DNA of 64,000 nt from an uncultured Actinomycetota bacterium (GCA_963759965.1 CAVXBM010000016.1:65033-129032); one strand, 5' to 3'; numbered from the stretch's first letter, positions 50,643-59,271 are shown. Notes: a model not told the origin generated them from the letters alone. A program made the numbers and translations.

Positions 50643-51244
50643 TGGCCGACCGACGTTCCGACGAGTCGCCTGTGGTCCCGCCCCGCTCGCTCAAGCGGGC
50701 CGGGACGTCGACAGACGACCGCGACGCCACTCAGAGCAGCATGCCGATCCTTCCCCCGCCTCCGGCGACGGAGGAGAAGCCGAAGTCGAAGGGCGCCGAG
50801 CGCATCGCCGCCATCGTCTCGGCGTCGAAGACGGGCGACACCTCGAAGTCGCAGGCGGGGCGGGTCCCTCGCCGCGTCCGCCGCGCACGGCTCCGGCTGA
50901 CCCACATCGACCCCTGGTCGGTGATGAAGACGTCGTTCCTGCTGTCCATCGCCGTCGGCATCGTGACCGTCGTCGCGGTGGCCATCGTCTGGACCGTGCT
51001 GGGCGCCGCCGGCGTGTGGAGCTCGATCGACTCGACGGTCACCGACGTGGTCGGCGACAACGGCTCGACGTTCTCGATCGAGGACTACCTCGGGATGAGC
51101 CGGGTGATGGGCTTCACGATGATCATCGCGGTCATCGACGTCGTGCTCGTGACCGTCATCGCGACCCTCGGCGCCTTCCTCTACAACCTCTCCGCAGCCC
51201 TCCTCGGAGGCATCGAGGTGGTCCTCGCGGAGGAGGAGCGCTGA
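50642..51244 (+). CDS. DUF3566 transmembrane protein (Rv0007-position)
   Basis: 200 aa with a basic N-terminus, ..RRARLRLTHIDPWSVMKTSFLLSIAVGIV.. and two TM segments. Confidence 0.8.
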
Positions 51245-51344
51245 GCCTGCGGCTGGGCCCGTTCCGGTTTGGGAGGGGCTCCGGCGGTGCGGTAACCTTC
51301 CTCCTCGGCCAGGCTTGCACGTCGAGCCCGGCCGTGCTTCATGA

Positions 51345-51421
51345 GGGCCTATAGCTCAGACGGTTAGAGCGCTTCCCTGATAAGGAAGAGGTCACAGGTT
51401 CAAGTCCTGTTAGGCCCACCA
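51345..51421 (+). tRNA. tRNA-Ile (GAT), CCA encoded
   Basis: Cloverleaf read by eye: acceptor GGGCCTA/TAGGCCC, anticodon arm CTTCC-CTGATAA-GGAAG, T arm ACAGG-TTCAAGT-CCTGT. Confidence 0.95.
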
Positions 51422-51449
51422 GCCGCCCTCCACCGGAAGGATCACCGCC

Positions 51450-51575
51450 ATGAAGAAGATCGTTCTCCTCGCGGTCGCAGCAGCCGGCGGAGTCCTCGCC
51501 GCGAGGAAGGCCAAGGCCGCCCAGCACGAGCAGGCGCTCTGGGCCGAGGCCACCGACAAGGTCAAGCGCAGCTGA
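51450..51575 (+). CDS. DLW-39-like micro-protein (41 aa)
   Basis: Below the ORF-track cutoff. GGAAGGA lies 7 nt upstream of the ATG. Product [41 protein letters not shown]. Lies between tRNA-Ile and tRNA-Ala. Confidence 0.6.
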   Translation: MKKIVLLAVAAAGGVLAARKAKAAQHEQALWAEATDKVKRS

Positions 51576-51601
51576 CCACCCGGCCGCACGCGCGGCCACC
51601 A

Positions 51602-51677
51602 GGGGCCATGGCGCAATTGGTAGCGCACCTGCTTTGCAAGCAGGGGGTTAGGGGTTCGAGTCCCCTTGGCTCCACCA
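51602..51677 (+). tRNA. tRNA-Ala (TGC), CCA encoded
   Basis: Acceptor GGGGCCA/TGGCTCC includes the G3:U70 pair. Anticodon arm CCTGC-TTTGCAA-GCAGG. Confidence 0.95.
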
Positions 51678-51685
51678 CACACCGT

Positions 51686-51708
51686 GCCGACTCGGCGGTC
51701 GGCTGTTT
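51686..51708 (+). terminator. Terminator after the tRNA pair
   Basis: GCCGAC-TCGGCG-GTCGGC followed by TGTTT. Confidence 0.55.
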
Positions 51709-51738
51709 CCGTGAGCCGGGGTGGGAGAGGCTGAGCAC

Positions 51739-52824
51739 ATGCGCGTGCTGGTGACCGGGGCCGGGGGGTACGTCGGGGGACGGCTCGTCCCGGTCCTGCT
51801 CGACCGTGGGCACGAGGTCGTGGCGACCTACTCCCGCGCCGTCCCGGAGGCTCAGGAGCGGGGCAAGGCACGGACCGGGCAGTGGTGGCTCGACCGGGTG
51901 GAGACCCGGGTCATGGACGTGCTCGACCGGGCGCAGGTCGAGAAGGCGTTGTCCGACGTCGACGCGGTGTTCTACCTCGTCCACGGGATGGGCGGCCCGG
52001 AGTTCCGGGCCCGCGACGCCGAGGGTGCCCGCCACGTGGCGGAGGCCGCGGCGGCCGTCGGCGTCGATCGCATCGTCTACCTGTCGGGCATCATCCCCGA
52101 CATCCCCGAGGACCGGCTCAGCGAGCACTTGTCGTCCCGGCTCGAGGTCGAGCGGCTGCTCGGGTCGACCGGCGTCCCCACCATCACGCTGCGTGCCGCC
52201 GTCGTCCTCGGCAGCGGCTCCACCTCGTTCGAGGTGATCCGGCAGGTCTCCGAGCGGTTGCCCGTCCAGACGCTGCCGCAGTGGATGACCTCGCTCGTCC
52301 AGCCCATCGCCGTCGTCGACGTGCTCGAGGCCCTGGCCGGTGCCCTCGACCTCCCCGCTGAGACGCGGTGGTTCGACGTCGGGGGCCCCGAGCAGCTGAA
52401 GTACTCGGCCATGCTGCGCCGCTACGCCGCGGTGGCACGCCTGGTGCGCCCGCAGCTGCCGTTGCTCACCGCGCCGCGCCACCTCGTCGGCAGGATGGCC
52501 GGGCTGCTCACCGGGGCACCCAGCTCGACGGTCGCGGCCCTCGTCGAGAGCCTGCCGCACGACATGGTGTGCCACGACGACAGCTTCCGCGCGGCGCTGC
52601 TGCCCGACGGCTACGAGCTCCTCGGGGTCCGCGACTCGATCGCCCGCGCGCTGGTCCGGCCTCGCGCCGGCATCCGTCCCGAGGACCGCGACCCGATGGG
52701 TCCGCTGCCGGGCGACCCCAGCTGGGCCGGCGGTGAGGTGTACCTCTTCGACGGCCAGGCGCGACGTCGTCCGCGCTCGAAGCTCGCCGGACTGCTGCTC
52801 GGTGTGCCGCGGCCCGGTCGATAG
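51739..52824 (+). CDS. NAD(P)H-binding SDR/NmrA-like protein
   Basis: MRVLVTGAGGYVGGRLV.. Rossmann motif. Confidence 0.8.
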   Translation: MRVLVTGAGGYVGGRLVPVLLDRGHEVVATYSRAVPEAQERGKARTGQWWLDRVETRVMDVLDRAQVEKALSDVDAVFYLVHGMGGPEFRARDAEGARHVAEAAAAVGVDRIVYLSGIIPDIPEDRLSEHLSSRLEVERLLGSTGVPTITLRAAVVLGSGSTSFEVIRQVSERLPVQTLPQWMTSLVQPIAVVDVLEALAGALDLPAETRWFDVGGPEQLKYSAMLRRYAAVARLVRPQLPLLTAPRHLVGRMAGLLTGAPSSTVAALVESLPHDMVCHDDSFRAALLPDGYELLGVRDSIARALVRPRAGIRPEDRDPMGPLPGDPSWAGGEVYLFDGQARRRPRSKLAGLLLGVPRPGR

Positions 52825-52826
52825 CC

Positions 52827-52874
52827 GGACGTCATTCTCAGCGGTCGCTCGAGCGACCCCTCGGTATGACGTCC
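52827..52874. terminator. Nested bidirectional hairpin between convergent genes
   Basis: Outer stem GGACGTCAT/ATGACGTCC encloses the palindrome GGTCGCTCGAGCGACC. Confidence 0.55.
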
Positions 52875-52878
52875 CCGG

Positions 52879-53526
52879 CTAGACCGCGTCGCGCTCCGGG
52901 TGGATGCGCACGCGGTCGGGGGAGAAGCCGCGCTCGAGTCCCCAGAGCACCGCGTTGGTGCGGCTGGTGACGCCCATCTTGCGGTAGCTGGTGCGGATGT
53001 AGGACTTCACCGAGTTGATCGACAGCGACGCCCGGTCGGCGATCTCGTTGTTGCTCAGCCCCTGGGTGATCAGCGCGATCACCTCGGCCTCACGCGCGGT
53101 GAGCCCCTCGGAGCGGCCCGGCCAGTCCCCGCCGACCAGCGGTGCGCCGCCCGGGTCGGGTGAGATCACGCGCTCGCCGGCGTGCACGGCTCGCAGGGCG
53201 ATGAACAGGTCCTCGCCGGACAGCGTCTTCGAGAGGTACGCCGAGGCGCCACGCGCGAGCGTGCCCTCGATGAGTCGCGCCTGGATGTTCCACGTGTAGA
53301 CCACCACCCGGCGGACCAGCGGGTTGTGGATGAGGTCCTCGACGTCGGGGCTGTCGCCCTGGGTCTGGGCGAAGGTGTCGTAGAGCGCGATGTCGACCGG
53401 CACCGACACGGGCACCTGGCTGTCGAGCTCGACGATCTCGAGCTCCCCGGTGTACGGCGACAGCATGTCCGCCAGGCCACGGACGACGACCTCGTAGTCG
53501 TTCACGATCGCGAGGCGGAGGGTCAT
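52879..53526 (-). CDS. LuxR/NarL-family response regulator (no adjacent histidine kinase)
   Basis: REC domain (..DIALYD.., ..VVVYTW.., ..AYLSK..) plus HTH LTAREAEVIALITQGLSNNEIADRASLSINSVKSYI. Confidence 0.85.
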   Translation of the reverse strand: MTLRLAIVNDYEVVVRGLADMLSPYTGELEIVELDSQVPVSVPVDIALYDTFAQTQGDSPDVEDLIHNPLVRRVVVYTWNIQARLIEGTLARGASAYLSKTLSGEDLFIALRAVHAGERVISPDPGGAPLVGGDWPGRSEGLTAREAEVIALITQGLSNNEIADRASLSINSVKSYIRTSYRKMGVTSRTNAVLWGLERGFSPDRVRIHPERDAV

Positions 53527-53619
53527 GCGCCCACCCTAGGCAGCGGATCGCCCGCCGACGGCCCGGAAGACCGAGAACGGACCTGCAGCACCCCTGTTCG
53601 GTCCGATCGTCCCGAGTCG

Positions 53620-54456
53620 TCAGACCAGGGGGCGGCCCAGGCGGCGCCGGGTGCGGAAGTCGAGGAGCATCGCGTTGAACGGGAAGTTGCGCACCGTGCG
53701 CGGCATCCTCCGGTTGCGCCGACCGACCTTGGCGCAGTGCGTCTCGAACTTCGCCTGGTCCGCCGGTGTCCAGGTCAGGCCGAGCGCGTCGCGGAACTCC
53801 GGGGGAAGGAAGCCGGTGTTGATCCACCGGTGGAAGCCGGCCAACCGCTTGCGCTGGTGCTCGGGGAGCTGCTTGAGGTCCAGCAGGTCGTGCAGGTAGC
53901 GGGTCAGCGTCTCGTCGTACGACACCCGGGTCAGGCCCGACGCCCAGTAGTCGTCGAAGTCGGCGAGCGTCGCCGGCCAGGCGTCCTCCGGCACCTGCAG
54001 TGTCGTGCCCAGCCGCGAGGTCTGCCGGTAGAGCCACTCGGCGACCTCCGGGTCGTCGTGCGGGCCGTGCAGGCGCTCGTAGAAGTCCCGCGCGCCGAAC
54101 GCCAGGCACGCCGCGACCCACAGCTGGAGGTCGCGGTCGAAGGCGTTGTAGCGCACCGGGCTCCGCTCGTCGGAGCGCACCTGCACGTGCTGCTTGTCCA
54201 CCGCGCGGCGGAAGGCGAGGCGTTCGTCGTCGCTGCCCAGGAGGGCCACGGCGAGGTAGGTGATCGTCGTGCGCGCCCGCTTGCGCGGCACCAGGCGTAC
54301 GTCGCCGCTGGGGACCCGGCTCTCGTAGACGCCGTAGCCGACCTCGGGCCGGCCGAGCTGCATGATCACGTTCGCGGTGCCGGCGTAGAAGGGTGCCTGC
54401 CCGTCGATGTAGTCGCGCACGTCGAGGCCGGTGAGCTCGCCGCGGGTCTCGGTCAC
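53620..54456 (-). CDS. Oxygenase MpaB/DUF2236 family protein
   Basis: ..FYAGTANVIMQLGRPEVGYGV..RARTTITYLAVALLG..LQLWVAACL... GTG 54456 is preceded by AGGAAGG. The ORF is open to 54501. Confidence 0.75.
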   Translation of the reverse strand: MTETRGELTGLDVRDYIDGQAPFYAGTANVIMQLGRPEVGYGVYESRVPSGDVRLVPRKRARTTITYLAVALLGSDDERLAFRRAVDKQHVQVRSDERSPVRYNAFDRDLQLWVAACLAFGARDFYERLHGPHDDPEVAEWLYRQTSRLGTTLQVPEDAWPATLADFDDYWASGLTRVSYDETLTRYLHDLLDLKQLPEHQRKRLAGFHRWINTGFLPPEFRDALGLTWTPADQAKFETHCAKVGRRNRRMPRTVRNFPFNAMLLDFRTRRRLGRPLV

Positions 54457-54560
54457 GGGCACCTTCCTGGCATGCACTGCCCCCACAGGTGATGATGGCA
54501 CCGGGGGTGTCCTGCAGAATAGGGACTGACAACAACTGTAGTCAATCTGAGGGAGAGCCC

Positions 54561-55181
54561 GTGACCACCACGGAGCCGACGGCCGAGGGGGCCAGGATCT
54601 GGGGAGGGACCACGCTCGACGAGCGTCGCGCCGCGCGCCGACGACAGCTCGTCGAGACCGGCCTCGACCTGCTCGGGGGTGACACGACCGGGGCCGTCTC
54701 GGTCCGGGCCGCCTGCCGGGGGGCCAAGCTCACCGAGAGGTACTTCTACGAGAGCTTCGCCGACCGCGACGCGCTCGTGCTCGCGGTCTACGAGGACGTC
54801 GCCGACGAGGCCCGTTCCGCGCTCGAGGCGGCCACCCGCACGGCGAAGGACCCGGTCGACGTCGCCCGGCGCTCGGTCGAGGCGATGGTGAGCCTCATGG
54901 TCGACGACCCCCGCAAGGGCCGGGTGCTGCTCGTCGCCCCGATCACGGAGACCGTCCTGGCCAGCCGCACCATGGAGCTCGCCCCCGTCGTCACCGCGAT
55001 GATCCGGTCCCAGCTGCCTCCCGGGACCTCCGAGCGCACCCGCACGCTCATCGCCACCGGCCTGCTGGGCGCGCTGATGAGCCTCTTCTCCTCCTACCTC
55101 CAGGGCACCCTCGCGGTCAGCCGGGAGGCCTTCGTGGAGCACTGCGTCTCGTGGCTGCTCAACGTCGACAAGCTGCGCTGA
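54561..55181 (+). CDS. TetR-family transcriptional regulator (divergent from the MpaB gene)
   Basis: GTG is preceded by GAGGGAGAG. HTH VSVRAACRGAKLTERYFYESFADRD. Confidence 0.85.
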   Translation: MTTTEPTAEGARIWGGTTLDERRAARRRQLVETGLDLLGGDTTGAVSVRAACRGAKLTERYFYESFADRDALVLAVYEDVADEARSALEAATRTAKDPVDVARRSVEAMVSLMVDDPRKGRVLLVAPITETVLASRTMELAPVVTAMIRSQLPPGTSERTRTLIATGLLGALMSLFSSYLQGTLAVSREAFVEHCVSWLLNVDKLR

Positions 55182-55213
55182 GCGAGCCGGCCCGGACCCG
55201 TACGCTCGACGGC

Positions 55214-56039
55214 ATGACCGGCTCGCCTGCGCACCCCTCGGTGCTGCGCGTGCTCACCCGGTCGCACATGCTCCTGCTGCACGCCGCCGCGGTGGCCGCG
55301 GTGGCCGCGGCGTACCTCCTCGGCTGGTGGCAGGTCGACGCCTGGAAGGAGCACCGCGCGGACACCGGCAACCGCCTCGCCCACGAGGCGCCGCAGCCGC
55401 TCGACTCCGTCATCGGTCCCGACGACGCCTTCCCGAAGGACGACGTGGGCCGCCCCGTCGAGCTCGACGGCACCTGGCTTCCCGACCGCAGCGTGTACGT
55501 CGACGGGCGGCTGCGAGGGGGGCCGCACCGGCTTCTGGCTGGTCACCCCCGTCGCCGTGTGCACCGCCGGTGAGGACTGTGACGCCGCCTCGGCCGTGCC
55601 TGTCGTCGTCGGCTGGACGCCCGAGGCGGACTCGACCCCACCCTCAGGACGGGTGGACCTCATCGGCTGGCTGCAGCCCCCCGAGCAGGCCGACGGCGTC
55701 GACGAGGACCCCGGCGACGACGTCCTCCCGCAGCTGCGGATCGCCGACCTCCTCGACCGGGTCGACCACGACCTCTACAGCGGCTACGTCATCCTCGACA
55801 CCCCCGCCTCCGCCCGCGCAGGCATCTCCGCGGTCACCCCCGACTCGCTGCCCAAGGCGCCGGCGTCGACCGCGCTGCGCAACCTGCTCTACGGCATCCA
55901 GTGGTGGATCTTCGGCGGCTTCGCCGCCTTCATCTGGTGGCGCTGGTGCCGCGACGAGATCCTCGAGTCACGGGGCCTCCGCAGCAGCCGGAGCGCCGCC
56001 CACGATGTAGGGGAGCCTCGGCTACCGTCGGGCGCGTGA
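55214..56039 (+). pseudogene. SURF1-family protein, frame broken at a G6 run (55517-55522)
   Basis: The N-terminal part (..LLGWWQVDAWKEHR..) is in the frame of ORF 55151... The C-terminal part (..GRTGFWLVTPVAV...NLLYGIQWWIFGGFAAF..) is in the +1 frame (ORF ..56039). Removing one G joins them. Confidence 0.8.
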
Positions 56040-56395
56040 GAGCCCACCTGACCGCCTACCGCACGATGGCCACCGTGGTCGGGGTGCTCCTCATCGTCCT
56101 CTGCCTCGTCGGCCTCCCGCTCAACGAGGCCCACCTCGTCGACCCGGCCTGGTTCCCGGTCGGCAGCGACGCCCAGCAGCTCGGCGACGACATCTCGAAG
56201 TACCTCGGCGTGGCCCATGGCTGGCTCTACATGATCTTCCTGGTGGTCGCCTTCACGCTCTCCCGTCGCGCCGGCTGGGACCTCCGCTTCACGATCACCA
56301 CGCTTCTCAGCGGGACGATCCCCATCCTGAGCTTCTGGGCGGAGCGGCGAGCCACCCGTCGCGTCCAGTCCGAGCACGCCGCCGCCCTGACCTAG
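56036..56395 (+). CDS. DUF3817-like integral membrane protein
   Basis: GTGA overlap with SURF1. Contains ..YRTMATVVGVLLIVLCLVGLP..GVAHGWLYMIFLVVAF..LLSGTIPILSFWAER... Confidence 0.75.
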   Translation: MRAHLTAYRTMATVVGVLLIVLCLVGLPLNEAHLVDPAWFPVGSDAQQLGDDISKYLGVAHGWLYMIFLVVAFTLSRRAGWDLRFTITTLLSGTIPILSFWAERRATRRVQSEHAAALT

Positions 56396-56462
56396 CCAAG
56401 AGCGAAGGCGGGGTGCGGTCTTGTCCGGCTCAGCGTCAGACGCGGCGTCGACCGGAGGCGCG

Positions 56463-56554
56463 CCCCGACGAGGCTAAAAGAGGCGTGGACGGCGTCGCCG
56501 GACGCGACCACGCAGTGAGCCACCGGCCGACACGGCGACATGTCCTCGTCGGGG
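56463..56554 (+). repeat. Structured intergenic repeat, copy 3
   Basis: CCCCGACGAGG-CTAAAAGAGGCGTGGACGGCGT-..-ACCGGCCGACACGGCGACATGT-CCTCGTCGGGG. Confidence 0.8.
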
Positions 56555-56644
56555 TGTGCAGCCGGGCGGCGCCGGGGCGGAGGCAACCACGGGACATGAA
56601 GGTGCCCCGACCGGAGCAACGCTCCGACCGGGGCAACCGAGACC

Positions 56645-57307
56645 TCAGTCCTTGTTGGTGAGATCCACCTTCTCGGCGGGGTCGTCGGGCGTCGTCGGCT
56701 CGTGGGCGGTCTCGACCTCGTCCGCGGCGGCCTCGTCGGGGCCGCTGCCGCCGGCGTCGTCGGGCTGCGGGGCAGCCGGGGTGACGGGGGTGGAAGCGGC
56801 GGGTGCTGCGGCCGGAGCCGCGGCGGGGGCCGGACGCGGCGGGGTGGCGCTCTGCCAGGTCGGCTCGCTCTTCCCACGGACCCTCTTGGCGACCGCGGCG
56901 GCCACGGCGCCGAGGCCCAGGACCACGAGGAGCTTCTTGAGCTTGCCGCCGCCGTTGGAGGAGCGCTCCTTGACGAGCGCCGGCGTCTTGTCGTCCGGCA
57001 GCGCGTCGTCGAGCTTGGTGGCGACGGTCTCGGTCAGGTCCGCGAGACGGCTCTTGGCGTCGTCGACGACCGGGCCGAGCCGGTCGGCGGCGTCGGAAGC
57101 GGCGTCGGCGGCACGGTCGCGGGCCTCCCCGAGCGCCGGACCGAGCTTCTCGGCGGCGTCGGAGGCACGCTCCTTCGCGGCGTCGGCGAGCGGACCCAGG
57201 CGGTCCCTGGCGTCCTCGACGGCGGGCCCGATGCGCTCGCCGATGTCCGCGGCCTGCGCCTTCACCTCGTCCAGCGCGGTGGCCAGCTTGGACTTGCTCG
57301 ACCTCAT
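56645..57307 (-). CDS. Helical-repeat protein with a C-terminal TM segment and P/A-rich tail (DUF5324-like?)
   Basis: ATG 57307 is preceded by AGAGGGA. Four (R/K)(L/I)GP-containing repeats (ERIGPAVEDARDRLGPLADAAKE..KLGPALGEARD..RLGPVVDDAKS). TM segment LLVVLGLGAVAAAVA. Confidence 0.65.
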   Translation of the reverse strand: MRSSKSKLATALDEVKAQAADIGERIGPAVEDARDRLGPLADAAKERASDAAEKLGPALGEARDRAADAASDAADRLGPVVDDAKSRLADLTETVATKLDDALPDDKTPALVKERSSNGGGKLKKLLVVLGLGAVAAAVAKRVRGKSEPTWQSATPPRPAPAAAPAAAPAASTPVTPAAPQPDDAGGSGPDEAAADEVETAHEPTTPDDPAEKVDLTNKD

Positions 57308-57473
57308 CAGGTGTTCCCTCTTTCGGCTTCGGTGTGCCCGAGCGGCACCTGCCACTCGGGGCGTACATGCCCATCCTTCCCCGACCCGCGCGTGGAGAAA
57401 ACCCTGGTCCGGCGCGGTTTCGGTGGCATGGGAGGATCGTGCGGACGATTCACGAACGGAAAGGCGGCCCCCC

Positions 57474-57995
57474 GTGGGCGACACCTACGCAACCCTGAAG
57501 ACCAACCGCGGCGACATCGCGATCCAGCTGTTCCCCGACCACGCTCCGGCGACGGTGGACAACTTCGTGGGTCTCGCGACCGGGAAGAAGGAGTTCGTCG
57601 ACGCCACCAGCGGTGAGACGAAGACCGGCAACTTCTACGACGGCCTGACCTTCCACCGGGTGATCCAGGGCTTCATGATCCAGGGTGGCTGCCCCCGCGG
57701 CGACGGGCGTGGTGGCCCGGGCTTCCAGTTCAAGGACGAGTTCCACCCCGAGCTGCAGTTCGACCGCCCGTACCTCCTCGCGATGGCCAACGCCGGACCG
57801 GGCACCAACGGGTCGCAGTTCTTCATCACGGTGGGCCCGACCCCGCACCTGAACCGCAAGCACACGATCTTCGGCGAGGTCAAGGACGCGACGTCGCAGC
57901 AGGTCGTGGACGCGATCGCGACGACGCAGGTCGGGCCGATGGACCAGCCGGCCGAGCCGGTGGTCATCGAGTCGGTCACCGTCGAGGAGCGCTGA
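57474..57995 (+). CDS. ppiA: Peptidyl-prolyl cis-trans isomerase (cyclophilin)
   Basis: In-frame GTG preceded by GGAAAGG. FHRVIQGFMIQGGCP, ..GTNGSQFFIT... Confidence 0.92.
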   Translation: MGDTYATLKTNRGDIAIQLFPDHAPATVDNFVGLATGKKEFVDATSGETKTGNFYDGLTFHRVIQGFMIQGGCPRGDGRGGPGFQFKDEFHPELQFDRPYLLAMANAGPGTNGSQFFITVGPTPHLNRKHTIFGEVKDATSQQVVDAIATTQVGPMDQPAEPVVIESVTVEER

Positions 57996-58026
57996 CCCTC
58001 CCGGTGCCGGGTCGGCCGGACGTGCG

Positions 58027-58920
58027 ATGAGCGAGGAGCCCACCGAGGTCCGCGCGGACCCGGCCGTGCCGATGTGCTACCGGCACCCCGACCGGGAGAC
58101 GCACATCCGCTGCCAGCGGTGCGACCGCCCGATCTGCCCCGACTGCATGAGCTCGGCGTCGGTGGGCTTCCAGTGCCCGGAGTGCGTCAAGGAAGGTGCC
58201 AAGACCACCCGCCAGGGACGCACGGCGTACGGCGGTCGCCGACCGACCGGGGCCACGGCCACGCTGGCGCTCATCGGCATCAACGTCGTGGTCTACCTGC
58301 TCGTCGTCGGCACCGGGGGCGGGAGCGGCAGCGTGCTCTCGAAGCTCGCCCTGATCCCGGAGACCACGCCGTACCTCATCAACGGCCGGCCCGAGCTGGT
58401 CGAGGGTGTCGCCGACGGGGCGTACTGGCAGCTGGTCACGGTGATGTTCACCCACGTCGAGCTGTGGCACATCGGCTTCAACATGCTCGCCCTCTACATC
58501 CTCGGGCCGCAGCTCGAGCTCATGCTCGGCCGCGTCCGGTTCCTCGCGCTCTACCTGCTCTCCGGGCTGGTCGGCAGCGCCGCCGTCTTCTGGCTGTCCG
58601 ACCCCGGCTCGGTCACGGTGGGTGCCTCGGGCTCCCTGTTCGGGCTGATGGCCGCGCTGCTCGTCGTCGCGGTGAAGGTCCGTGGCGACGTGCAGGGCCT
58701 GCTCGGCCTGATCGCGGTCAACGTGGTCATCACGGTGATCGGGGCCGGCTACATCTCGTGGCAGGGCCACCTCGGCGGCTTCGTCGGAGGCCTGGTGATC
58801 GGCGCGATCCTGGTCTACGCGCCTCGGGAGCGCCGGACGCTGTGGCAGGTCGCGGGTCTCGGCCTGGTCGCGCTGGCGACGCTCGCGGTCGTCGCGGCCC
58901 GCGTCGCCGCACTCTCCTGA
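58027..58920 (+). CDS. Rhomboid-family intramembrane serine protease with an N-terminal zinc ribbon
   Basis: CYRHPDRETHIRCQRCDRPICPDC; catalytic GASGSLFGLM and ..WQGHLGGFVGG... Confidence 0.88.
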   Translation: MSEEPTEVRADPAVPMCYRHPDRETHIRCQRCDRPICPDCMSSASVGFQCPECVKEGAKTTRQGRTAYGGRRPTGATATLALIGINVVVYLLVVGTGGGSGSVLSKLALIPETTPYLINGRPELVEGVADGAYWQLVTVMFTHVELWHIGFNMLALYILGPQLELMLGRVRFLALYLLSGLVGSAAVFWLSDPGSVTVGASGSLFGLMAALLVVAVKVRGDVQGLLGLIAVNVVITVIGAGYISWQGHLGGFVGGLVIGAILVYAPRERRTLWQVAGLGLVALATLAVVAARVAALS

Positions 58921-58943
58921 GGTCCCTCCGCCCGGACGAAGCG

Positions 58944-58994
58944 ATGGCGGTCCCGACCCTTCCGGAGGGGCACCGGGAGGGACAGGACCGCCAT
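58944..58994 (+). terminator. Long interrupted hairpin after the rhomboid gene
   Basis: The outer 10-bp stem ATGGCGGTCC/GGACCGCCAT and inner 9-bp stem CCCTTCCGG/CCGGGAGGG are separated by a 3x3 internal loop. There is no U-tract. Confidence 0.5.
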
Positions 58995-59021
58995 GCATGG
59001 TCACCGAGCAGGGTCACCTGA

Positions 59022-59146
59022 TGTGGAGTGCTTCACCGTCGCCGTGGCCTTGTCCGGTCCCGGGGGAGTTTCCACATTGGGGATAACTCCTGGGGATAAC
59101 TACAGCGGTGTGATTTACCCACAGAGCACTCCACAGGTGTGGACTG
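59022..59146. promoter_or_regulatory. DnaA-box-like cluster in the rhomboid/crgA convergent spacer
   Basis: TGTGGAGTG 59022-30, GTTTCCACA 59068-76, TGGGGATAA 59078-86 and 59091-99, TTACCCACA 59115-23, TGTGGACTG 59138-46. Confidence 0.5.
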
Positions 59147-59271
59147 CGTGACCTGGTTCTGCCCAGGCTCGGAAGGGTCGAAACTCCACCGGGTGTCTGG
59201 ACCAGACCAGCGCACGTTCGTGCCGACTCGGCGGGAGTGGGTGCACGTTCCTGCCGACTCGGCAGCGGGGG

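Noticed and set aside
51314-51344. Promoter for the tRNA operon (TTGCAC-N17-TTCATG)
   Set aside because: The -10 candidate does not fit TANNNT, which is too weak to report as a feature.
51345-51677. tRNA pair as an integration hotspot or genomic-island boundary
   Set aside because: No integrase, no direct repeat of a tRNA 3' end and no compositional shift are nearby. The arrangement gyrA-DUF3566-tRNA-Ile-tRNA-Ala is the conserved actinobacterial one.
54457-54560. TetR operator palindrome in the MpaB/TetR divergent spacer (GACTGACAACAACTGTAGTC)
   Set aside because: Only the outer 4 bp are complementary. I could not define a convincing inverted repeat, so no operator was called.
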